A stretch of DNA of 17,789 bases, taken from contig JAQGDQ010002013.1 in the NCBI GenBank assembly GCA_030141605.1, positions 1-17,789 on the forward strand, given 5' to 3'. This document shows, piece by piece, positions 1 through 9,967 of the stretch. This DNA is from Tubiluchus corallicola. Lineage: Eukaryota > Animalia > Priapulida. The translations under genes were made by a program, and so were the position numbers. The stretch's first letter is position 1. Each line of letters opens with the position of its first letter. Under the pieces are notes generated by a model. It was not told where the DNA came from. It was given only the letters and a program-made list of their open reading frames with translations, and made no database searches.

Positions 1-242
1 AAAACGATTTAATGTATTTCAGTTTTTGCTTCTCATATTTCAAATTTGCCATTAATTATTTTCAAATGTGTTAAATTTGTTGCTAGATGTGACAAAAACG
101 CGACATTCGACATTCCATTAGAACAAAAACTCAAGAGATTTGATTTAATATATTTATTGCAGTCCTGTATAAAATCAAGTCTTCTATGAATCCACATTCG
201 TAGCTGACCTCAAATATAATGTTTTGTGTTTGTTTGAAAATT

Positions 243-843
243 TGATACACTAATACATCCAATGTCGTCTGCGTATTGCTGATCAATAAAGAATGGTTCA
301 TAGGATTCCAGAGCAGGATAGGAGTGATCCAGAATATGTTGAGGAAGGTTATCACAAACAGTGGTATCGTAATCATGATCATCATTTCGAGGAGTTTGGA
401 TCTTAAATGCATTTGCTAAGTAGAGAGTAAAAAGTATTGAGCTAAGATAGTCCCCCTGAGGGACCCCAATATTCGTAGTAAAAGTTTTTCCTGGGGTGTT
501 CTCAACTTTTAAAGTTTAACATCTTCTAACTTTTAATAGTTTAGTAGAATTATAATAATGTGCAGGTCAATTTAAACATAATTTAGCATTGTCTACCATT
601 GTCTATCATAAATTACATTGTCTACCATTGTCTATCATAAATTACATTGTCTACCATTGTCTATCATAAATTACATTGTCTACCATTGTCTATCATAAAT
701 TACATTGTCTACCATTGTCTATCATAAATTACATTGTCTACCATTTTTGAGACATGAGAGTTCCAGTTCAGGTCAGTAATGTGCAAGTTATCTGGTTGTA
801 GTCATATACAGAAATCCTCTCTCCACTGTATCAAATGCCTTGC
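243..843 (-). mobile_element. Degenerate LINE (probably RTE/RTEX-like) reverse transcriptase core fragment
   Basis: Minus-strand translation gives, in order and across frameshifts: MSKAFDTVERGFLY / LQPDNLHI / LHIIIILL / LEDVKL / KVENTPGKTFTTNIGVPQGDYLSSILFTLYLANAF ... FFIDQQYADDIG. GVPQGD is at 450-467 and YADD at 264-275. These are the canonical non-LTR RT motifs. The fragment is interrupted by an insert at 565-776. Clade assignment is by recall only. Confidence 0.92.
587..745. repeat. 29-bp tandem repeat, about 5.5 copies (CATTGTCTACCATTGTCTATCATAAATTA)
   Basis: Identical units start at 587, 616, 645, 674 and 703, with a partial unit at 732. Each unit contains two copies of CATTGTCTA. Confidence 0.97.
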
Positions 844-1806
844 TCATATACAGAAATCCTCTCTCTACTGTATCAAATGCCTTGCTCGTATACAGAAATC
901 CTCTCTCTACTGTATCAAATGCCTTGCTCGTATACAGAAATCCTCTATCTACTGTATCAAATGCCTTGCTCATATACAGAAATCCTCTCTCCACTGTATC
1001 AAATGCCTTGCTCGTATACAGAAATCCTCTCTCCACTGTATCAAATGCCTTGCTCGTATACAGAAATCCTCTCTCTACTGTATCAAATGCCTTGCTCGTA
1101 TACAGAAATCCTCTCTCTACTGTATCAAATGCCTTGCTCGTATACAGAAATCCTCTCTCTACTGTATCAAATGCCTTGCTCGTATACAGAAATCCTCTCT
1201 CTACTGTATCAAACGCCTTGCTCGTATACAGAAATCCTCTCTCTACTGTATCAAACGCCTTGCTCGTATACGGAAATCCTCTCTCTACTGTATCAAATGC
1301 CTTGCTCATATACAGAAATCCTCTCTCTACTGTATCAAACGCCTTGCTCATATACAGAAATCCTCTCTCTACTGTATCAAATGCCTTGCTCGTATACAGA
1401 AATCCTCTCTCTACTGTATCAAATGCCTTGCTCATATACAGAAATCCTCTCTCTACTGTATCAAATGCCTTGCTCTTATACAGAAATCCTCTCTCTACTG
1501 TATCAAATGCCTTGCTCATATACAGAAATCCTCTCTCTACTGTATCAAATGCCTTGCTCATATACAGAAATCCTCTCTCTACTGTATCAAATGCCTTGCT
1601 CTTATACAGAAATCCTCTCTCTACTGTATCAAATGCCTTGCTCATATACAGAAATCCTCTCTCTACTGTATCAAATGCCTTGCTCATATACAGAAATCCT
1701 CTCTCTACTGTATCAAATGCCTTGCTCTTATACAGAAATCCTCTCTCTACTGTATCAAACGCCTTGCTCATATACAGAAATCCTCTCTCTACTGTATCAG
1801 ATGCCT
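802..1806. repeat. 42-bp minisatellite, about 24 copies, derived from LINE RT motif A coding sequence
   Basis: Unit TCNTATACAGAAATCCTCTCTCTACTGTATCAAATGCCTTGC starts at 802+42n. The minus strand reads (M/T/K)SKAFDTVERGFLY per unit. The array accounts for four overlapping long ORFs in the track. Confidence 0.97.
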
Positions 1807-1811
1807 GGATG

Positions 1812-2250
1812 TTGCGATTGCGATACTCGACTCTCTCCACCTATCAGAGGCGGGCACCTTTATAGGGTGCAAAGTCTATTCTTCTATAACGCTGATCTTT
1901 TAGTTGTCTTTTCCAAGTTTAATGTCTTTACTTGTCTGTATCCTGTATTTCATGCATTCGTTCACTAGATTTCTAATTTCTAGCAATCCTTCCTTTTCAC
2001 TGTTCATTAATATATCTGAGTTCAAAATTTTTTTCCATTCTCCATATCTGTCACATCTAAGCACTAGTTCAGTAGTATCATCATCTTCCCCACACACTGG
2101 GCATAATAACTGATCCTTAAACTCATTCTTGTAGTTCCCTTTAACTTTAATCATATTCAGTCTTATTTTCAATATATCTTTAACCTCTTCTGGCTTGCAT
2201 GTGTCTATGTAATTTTGTCGTTTCCATTCGGTTTGTTTTAAAAATCTTAA
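1812..2250 (-). mobile_element. 5'-truncated LINE 3' end: ORF2 C-terminus with degenerate Cys/His knuckle, short 3' UTR and tail
   Basis: Reads LRFLKQTEWKRQNYIDTCKPEEVKDILKIRLNMIKVKGNYKNEFKDQLLCPVCGEDDDTTELVLRC... to a stop at 1900. CxxC-x7-(H>L)-x3-C resembles the C-terminal zinc knuckle of non-LTR ORF2. It is followed by a 3' UTR with a GCACC/GGTGC hairpin (1854-1870) and a short ATCGCA repeat (about 1812-1825). Confidence 0.75.
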
Positions 2251-2339
2251 TGTGTGACTGCTTCTACTGCTAGTCTACTTGTGCAGTAATGCTACGTCCC
2301 TCCCTACATGCTGCTTGAATATTGCCATCTAATCTGTTC

Positions 2340-2883
2340 TTCTTTCTTCTTCTTCTTCAATGAATCACACGTCCAGGGACATGATTCTGCTCACCTCCCT
2401 ATGCCAGGACTCCCTACACGCTGCAATGCCCCAAGTGGATTTATTTCTAAGGATCAATGCTGAAATGTTTAAATCTTTCTGTGCAAAATCTAAATATGTT
2501 AACATTCGTCCTCCTGCAGGTTTTTTAGCTGGTTCTATGGCTTGTTGAAGAGCTATCTTCACTGGAATATCATCAGGTAGTCTAAGCACATGCCCAATCC
2601 ATTTTAAACTGCGTCTTTTTATTTTTCTTGTCCAAGGTTCTTCTTTTATTTTTTCATATAGATCTTTGTTTGAAATTTTCTTTGGCCATCTAATACCAAA
2701 AATTTTTCTGTAATTTCGCCTTTGAAATGCATCGATTTCAGCTTTATGACTTGCCTTTCATGTTCAGAACTCAGAGTTATACAGAAATACAGTTTCGACT
2801 AAGGCTGAGAATATTCTAATTTTTGTTTCCAAAGAAATCTTCCTATTTTCAAAAACTTTTGTGAGTTTTGAGTAAGCTGATAA
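2340..2883 (-). mobile_element. 5'-truncated RTE-clade LINE with (GAA)n tail and 17-bp target-site duplication
   Basis: One frame: SAYSKLTKVFENRKISLETKIRIFSALVETVFLYNSEF*T*KASHKAEIDAFQRRNYRKIFGIRWPKKISNKDLYEKIKEEPWTRKIKRRSLKWIGHVLRLPDD...SLDV*, typical of the RTE post-RT C-terminus. Premature stops are at 2764-2766 and 2758-2760. The tail (TTC)n on + is at 2337-2358. Flanks are TGCCATCTAATCTGTTC (2323-2339) and TGCCACCTAATCTGTTC (2884-2900). Confidence 0.92.
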
Positions 2884-3322
2884 TGCCACCTAATCTGTTC
2901 ATCCCTGGCATTTAGAACGAGACTGGATCCGCCATGATTGTTTATTGTTGATATCTCCATTGTTGGACGCACCAAACTGGTTGACACCCATTCAGACTCA
3001 AAGGTCGTGGTACTGAACTCACATCTCCCGTAATTACAGGGATTACAACCTGAACTCGGGTTCTTCCAACAATCATCTTAACCCTTTGGCATTTGATCTG
3101 TTCTCTACGGTATGACACACCTGTTGAGCGATTCCTCACGTGGACAAAGTGATAATAGGTCAATTGGGCGTTTGCTAAAAATTCTTCTTTTGTGATGGAC
3201 ATTTTTATCTAGCATATTCTTACTGTAGGAACATGAAAAGAATTTTTCTTTGTTACTCCTTTTGTTAACTGCAATTTTTACTTGAAAGTGTTTGTAGAGA
3301 AGGGAGAAGGAAGCACTCAGAT

Positions 3323-3792
<470 letters not shown>

Positions 3793-4107
3793 CAGATTAT
3801 AAGAAAAGGAAGAAAAGAGGGGATAAATTCGATTTAATGTGACTATATTAGACATACCGTTCACCTGTATATCGAGAATAATGTTAATAATAAAAGAGTC
3901 TAGCACAAAGGTGCACAATAAATTGGGACTGTAAGCTGATTAATGAATTAACCTCTCATGGGTAATTACATGAGGTTAATTTACCAGCGAGCTTCTTGAC
4001 CTCTTTCAAAGGGGACACAGTAACAGACTGAGAAAGAGACGGTCTTAAGAATGAGCTAAAGTACTGGGATTAAGTGAAGTAGTAAGAGCTTGAATTGCTC
4101 ACGAGTA

Positions 4108-4180
4108 CCCCCCCCCCACACACACACACACGCCCAGCCGTTATCTCTAGCAACAACAGCAGCAGCAGCAGCAGCAGCAC
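4108..4180. repeat. Short C-run, (CA)n and (CAA/CAG)n microsatellites
   Basis: Direct reading. Confidence 0.9.
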
Positions 4181-4215
4181 CACCCAGAACAATCACACAA
4201 AGTCAACTTATCCAC

Positions 4216-4220
4216 TCTTT

Positions 4221-4282
<62 letters not shown>

Positions 4283-4382
4283 TCTCTCTCTCCCTCCTCT
4301 TTCTTTCCCTTTCTCTCTTTCTCTCCTCTCTCTCTCTCTCTCACACACACTCTTACTTTCTCTCTCTCTCTCTCTATCTCTT

Positions 4383-4421
<39 letters not shown>

Positions 4422-4495
4422 TTCTTTCTTTCTCTCTCTCTCTCTGTCTGTCCGTCCGTCCGTCCGTCCGTCCATCCATCCATCCACCCATCTAT
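4216..4495. repeat. (CT)n polypyrimidine microsatellite grading into (TCTG)/(TCCG)/(TCCA) tetramers
   Basis: Direct reading. Confidence 0.97.
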
Positions 4496-5126
4496 CAACC
4501 TCACTGTATTTTCCTGCTCCCTTCTATACAAATACACCTCTTTTCCTACCTCGACTCACCCCCTTTTCCCCTTTCTTTCCTTTCTGTCTTTTCCTCCTGC
4601 ACTCTTGCATCTCCCACTCTCTTCCTCACTTTCTCTGCCCTTTCCCGGTTCTCTTAAGATTGTCACAGAAACAAACAAACACTGACGTCACAAACAAACA
4701 TCATTCAAACGTTTCAACAAGTCGTTACCGGTTTCACCCGAGTGCAAAAGAGAACGAAGCAATCTAGAATAGAAAACACCTGTAATTAGGACGCAGGTGA
4801 CCCAGTTTTGACGTTAAACCTACTTACATTACCTGCAAAAAGACCAAACTCAATAACAGCTAAACTTGTCAATTATTATTGTAATTAGGCGCTGAAATAC
4901 GTGATTTTTCACTAAAGCTAGTGAACAGTCAAGACAGCCAAGACGTAATTCAGTCCTGATGAGAGAATTGTTGACCTAGTTTGAATTTTATGACTTTTCG
5001 TGAAAACCAGTTTAATGTACAACTAAGTACGACTTAGTACAGATTAGTGGAGATTACGTTCATTCCAGTGAATGCAATAGAAATTCTTTCCTCTTCTTTT
5101 TTCTTCTCTTTTTTGTCTTCTTCTTT

Positions 5127-5685
5127 TGAATGAATGAATGAATGAATAAAAGTGTTTTTGAATGAACGAATAAATGAATGAACAGAAAATTGAAAGAATG
5201 AATGGATGGATGGATGGATGAATGAATGAATGCACGAACGAATGAATGAAAGAATAAAAGAGTTTTTGGATGAACGAATAAATGAATGAATGAATGAATG
5301 AATGAATGAATGAATGAATGAATGAATGAATGAATGAATAAAAGAGTTTTTGAGTGAATGAATAAATGAATGAACAGAAGATTGGATGAATGAATGAATG
5401 AATGACTGAATGAATGAATGAATGACGGAAGAAATGAATGAATGAATGAATGAATGAATGAATGAACGAATGAATGAATGAATGAACGAATGAACGAATG
5501 AACGAATGAATGAATGAATGAATGAATGAATGAATGAATGAATGAATGAATGAATGAATGAATGAATGAATTATTGAATGAATGAATGAATAAATGAACC
5601 AATGAATGAATGAATGAATGAATGAATGAATGAATGAATGAATGAATGAATGAATGAATGAATGAATGAATGAATGAATGATTGA
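5127..5685. repeat. (TGAA)n tetranucleotide microsatellite, imperfect
   Basis: Direct reading. The interruption AATAAAAG(A/T)GTTTTTG occurs three times, showing internal block duplication. Confidence 0.98.
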
Positions 5686-6298
5686 ACAAATTAATAGATG
5701 AACGAAAAAGTGATTGAATAAAATGATAAATTAGTAAATGAAAAACACCAAACAAAATCTTTGAACATCTTTAAGTAGATACTTACACAAAATTCACTCG
5801 TATTTTAGCACAAAAAAACGAACCCAAACTGACCCACTCCTAACCAACAAGATCCAACATAAAACATTTTACACCTGTAGAATTAACGGCGTTTTTCTTG
5901 TTCAGAATGAAATACGAGACGCGTACAGGTATGTTCAGGTGTGCTGCCACACCCTCATAAGTTCATCAACCTATTACTGTGACAAGACGCTACTATTTGC
6001 AAGCATATTCATAATTATTTACCTGTCAATAAAACTGCTCACGCCAGGTATTCTAATCACCTGTTGGAATGTTGTCATAAATTCTCGTAGAATATGTAGT
6101 TATTATACGTATGTAAAATTTGTATATTAATCATTTGTTTGTATATAATTTACACTATCAGATCATTTGTGGGGGAAAATATTGATAGTAGGGTGTCATT
6201 ATAGTTCATTCACTTGGGAAAATTCCTTGGCATTTTTCCCGTTCCCACGAAAAGCTTCTTGAGATCACGTAGCCTATTTAGCATCTCGCGCTGTATTG

Positions 6299-6534
6299 CC
6301 TTCGAGCTGCTTCTATATGGAACTCCTGTTTTCCTTATTCTGATCAATGATAACTTTAGACAGTGAACACTGTTACTAATTCTAGTTCTAACGTAACCGT
6401 TAATAACAACCTGCCTATACCTAGCAGAAAATGGACATTATGTCTAATTAGGTACCTTCGAACTGCTTCTATATGGAACTCCTGTTTTCCTTATTCTTAT
6501 CAATGATAACTTTGGACATTATGTCTCATTAGGT
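6299..6534. repeat. Local duplication with A-X-B-A'-B' structure
   Basis: The 64-bp A is at 6299-6362 and 6455-6518 (3 mismatches). The 22-bp B is at 6432-6453 and 6513-6534 (1 mismatch). Confidence 0.9.
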
Positions 6535-6772
6535 TCGTAATAGCTGCAACGTGTTATGAATACTTGTTACTCAGTTGTTTTAATGTTTGTCTACGTACTT
6601 GCTTTGTTTGATCTTTCTTGTGTTGGTCTTACCATCAGTAGCAGCGTTTGTCTTTCATCGTTTTTAGGTGTTTCGTACAAAATCTGTGCTACTTTTGCAA
6701 AGGCTGAATTCTTGACCTTATTATGCCATGCTGTACTTCCGTATCATATCCAATAAAATGTCGTGTGCTTAA

Positions 6773-7229
6773 CCCTTTCATACCCGTTGTATCCCGTGGG
6801 ATACGAGAATATTTTCTGCCTTTAAAATTAATAAAATTTCAAAACGGACAGTTATTTGATCTGTTAATAGTTATTTTGATTTAAGCCAATAACAAGAGAC
6901 TAAAAATGGTGATAAAATGGCAAACTAGAAAATCTACATGGCATAAAAAACTCTGCAAGGTACAGTACTTTAGACACGACTTTGTACAGATCAGCATAGC
7001 GCGCAGACTAAATGTCTTAAATACTTTAAAAAATTATCAACAGTTGGAAAATGAAGCACATTTTATGCTTCCATTGAATCCTAATGTATCTCGTGGGATA
7101 CAGGCTATATTTAGCACGCGGGCACAGGTAGAAAAAATAATTACTATGTGTAAACAAGATGGACATACTGAACAAAAGTACCAAGCCAAAAAAATTTTCT
7201 TATTAAAAAATAATTTGGGACTGAAAGGG
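6773..7229. mobile_element. Non-autonomous piggyBac-like element (MITE), 457 bp
   Basis: TTAA at 6769-6772 and 7230-7233. TIRs are CCCTTTCATACCC and GGGACTGAAAGGG (11/13 match). The internal palindrome GTATC(C/T)CGTGGGATAC occurs at 6789-6804 and 7086-7101. No transposase is present. Confidence 0.85.
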
Positions 7230-7285
7230 TTAACGACAGAACGTATGGTTTTGTAATAACGTTATTGTGTCTGATCATTTGGCAT

Positions 7286-8005
7286 GAATCCAAATCTGTT
7301 AGCACGTTTGTGTAGTATGTACGTGTTGTGTAAGGATGCAAATCTGTTAGCATGTTTGTGTAGTATGTACGTGTTGCGTAAGAATCCAAATCTGTTAGCA
7401 CGTTTGTGTAGTATTTACGTGTTGCATAAGGAGCCAAATCTGTTAGCACGTTTGTGTAGTATGTACGTGTTGCGTAAGAATCCAAATCTATTAGCATGTT
7501 TGTGTAGTATGTACGTGTTGCGTAAGAATCCAAATCTGTTAGTATGTTTGTGTAGTATGTACGTGTTGCGTAAGGATCCAAGTCTATTGGCATGTTTGTG
7601 TAGTATGAACGTGTTGCGTAAGGATCCAAATCTGTTAGCATGTTTGTGTAGTATGTACGTGTTGTGTAAGGATCCAAATCTGTTAGCATGTTTGTGTAGT
7701 ATGTACGTGCTGCGTAAGGATCCATATCTATTGGCAAGTTAGTGTAGTATGTACGTGTTGCGCAAGGATCCAAATCTGTTAGCATGTTTGTGTAGTATGT
7801 ACATGTTGCGTAAGGATCCAAATCTGTTAGCATGTTTGTGTAGTATGTACGTGTTGCGCAAGGATCCAAATCTGTTAGCACGTTTGTGTAGTATGTACGT
7901 GTTGCGTAAGAATCCAAATCTATTGGCACATTTCTGTAGTGTGTACGCGTTGCGTAAGGATCCAAATCTGTTGGCATATTTGTGTAGTGTGTACGTGTTG
8001 CATAT
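7286..8005. repeat. 48-bp minisatellite, 15 copies
   Basis: Consensus GGATCCAAATCTGTTAGCATGTTTGTGTAGTATGTACGTGTTGCGTAA. Units start at 7286+48n with no indels. Confidence 0.97.
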
Positions 8006-8024
8006 GTAAGATACTGCATAAAAG

Positions 8025-8216
8025 TGACGTCAGTCTTTGATATTTTATTTTGACTATGTGATTATTTTTAATTTAAAATTGCAAGTATGACGTCACGTTT
8101 TTGATGTTTTGCAGCTAGCTGCAAAATGTAACTCCTTGCTCGTTTCTGCTTTTGTTCGTTTTGCTGTCATTGTTTTGTTTTTTGTTTTTAAATTAAAAGC
8201 ACAACAAGTGACGTCA
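8025..8216. promoter_or_regulatory. Cluster of three full CRE-type palindromes (TGACGTCA)
   Basis: TGACGTCA at 8025-8032, 8088-8095 and 8209-8216. Function is not shown. Confidence 0.3.
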
Positions 8217-8859
8217 TGCTTTTGGTCATTTTTCTGTCATTGTCATACTAGAAATACATGTTTATATACAACGTGAAATATCATTCAGTGATTGCCTGGG
8301 CTACACTGCTAATAGGCAAATGCGTCTGGTGCCAAAAATTAAAACTACGAGTGCGTTTTCTGATTGTGAGTTCGTATCCCACTTCTGACACCATGTTTTA
8401 TGTTGATGTACCTGGATTTCTATCTAGTAGAAATAACGAAATACAGTACACCATTATGCTTGTTGCCGAACTCACATAGTAACATCCAAAGGCATTTGAC
8501 TATCATTGTTTTACAGTTTCTTGAACAGGAAACGAATCTTAGCAGAACGTTTTGACGTGATGAAAATAATCTTCCCGCTGTCGTTGAACTTTTGATCCGA
8601 AAATTGCTCTAATTTTAGCACGAAAATGTGAACGAGTGTTTTCATAATATTAGCTCATTTCACTCAAAGTACAACGTTCCTCGTTTATTGCGTAATGCTC
8701 ACATGTTTGTTCTGTCGTCACCGTTGTCGCCGTCGTTGTGGCTTTCACGGTCGAGCAAAAAACCGTGTCGAGTTTTTAAACAAAATATGAAGTAGTGATA
8801 GCTATTACCACTAAATTGATACCAATTAGTTATTAAATTAATTTTCTATTTTGATCATC

Positions 8860-9533
8860 TTCATTATCGTTATGTCATTGTTATCATTATCATCAGCATC
8901 AGCAGCATCATCGTCAAAACTACATTAAAATCATCACTTTTCATAAACATCATCAACATTAGTCATAAACAGCAAAAACTTTATCATCTCCATCATCATT
9001 ATCGTGATCTTCATCGTCGTTGTCGACGTCACCGTCATCGTCGTCGTCACCATCATCATCATCAACATCATCATCAACAACAACAAAAACAACAACAGTA
9101 GCAGCAGCAGTTTCACTTCCACGGCCATCAAACTATGGCTTAACTATAATCATCATTGCAGTTACAATCAGGAGCAGCAACAACAACATCATCATCGTCG
9201 TCGTCATCATCATCATCATCGTCAACTCAACAACAACAACAGTAGGGCATGGGCAGCAGCAGCAGCAGTTTCGCTTCCACGACCGTAATTCTGTGGCTAA
9301 ACATTATAACAATCATTACCATTACAAATAATCACAAACAGCAACAACAACGTCATAATCGTCATCATCATCATCAACAACAGCAACAATAACAATAGGG
9401 GCACTAAAAGCACCAGCAACAGTTTCGCTTCCACGACCGTAATTCTATGGTCTAACATTATAACAATCATTACCATTATAATCACAAACAGCAACAAAAA
9501 CGTCATCATCATCGTCGACATCATCGTCATCAT
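8860..9533. repeat. Trinucleotide-rich (CAT/CAA/CAG/CGT) low-complexity region with about 3 copies of an approximately 155-bp degenerate unit
   Basis: The anchor AGTTTC(A/G)CTTCCACG recurs at 9109, 9267 and 9421. Confidence 0.9.
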
Positions 9534-9601
9534 CTTATTTACATGTTGTATCTTTTGTCCGCTTTTTGTGTAGAATGTATTGATTTACATAATTTAAATG
9601 A

Positions 9602-9807
9602 AGTTCAGATGCTGATGCAACTGTTGTTGTTTTTGTTGTCGTTGTTGTTGTTTTAAATCTTCTCCATATTATAGTCAATGTCAGAAACGTCATTTTTCAC
9701 TGAAGAGTTCAGATGCTGATGCAGTTGTTGTTGCTGCTGTTGCTATTGTTGTTTTAAATCTTCTCCATATCATAGTCATTGTCACAAACGTCGTTTTTCC
9801 ACTGGAA
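9602..9807. repeat. Tandem duplication of about 104 bp containing (GTT)n
   Basis: AGTTCAGATGCTGATGCA at 9602 and 9706, each followed by TTGTTTTAAATCTTCTCCATAT. Confidence 0.92.
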
Positions 9808-9967
9808 ACAAGGAAAAGTAGAAATTGCAGGAAACGGCTACAAACTGTAACGACAATTACGTGTTTTGAGTCACCGTATTTACGTTAAGCGCTTGTTTAG
9901 AATTCGCGCATTTCACTGTTTTCAAAGACCGGATGTGCAAATTACTCAACTGACATTGTATTCTAAA

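Noticed and set aside
131-412. 93-aa ORF with a hydrophobic N-terminus
   Set aside because: It is an alternative frame overlapping the LINE RT frame that contains YADD.
802-1806. CRISPR-like array next to a reverse transcriptase (also retron- or DGR-like ideas)
   Set aside because: Units are head-to-tail with no unique spacers, the RT is a broken eukaryotic LINE type, and there are no cas or accessory genes.
779-1968. Three long + strand ORFs, including one with CxxC...H repeats resembling zinc fingers (CIKCLAHIQKSSLY)
   Set aside because: They are by-products of a stop-free 42-bp unit. The meaningful frame is the minus-strand RT motif.
2901-3225. Possible minus-strand exon or ORF (MSITKEEFLANAQ...) after an acceptor-like TTCCTACAG
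   Set aside because: No recognisable homology, and removing the RTE insertion does not restore a longer ORF.
6906-7256. 116-aa ORF as a piggyBac transposase remnant
   Set aside because: No transposase motifs, and the ORF runs through the TIR into flanking DNA.
9004-9533. PolyQ/polyH protein or neuropeptide precursor with repeated QQQFRF
   Set aside because: Stops and frame changes occur between units, with no Gly plus basic amidation or cleavage sites and no signal peptide context.
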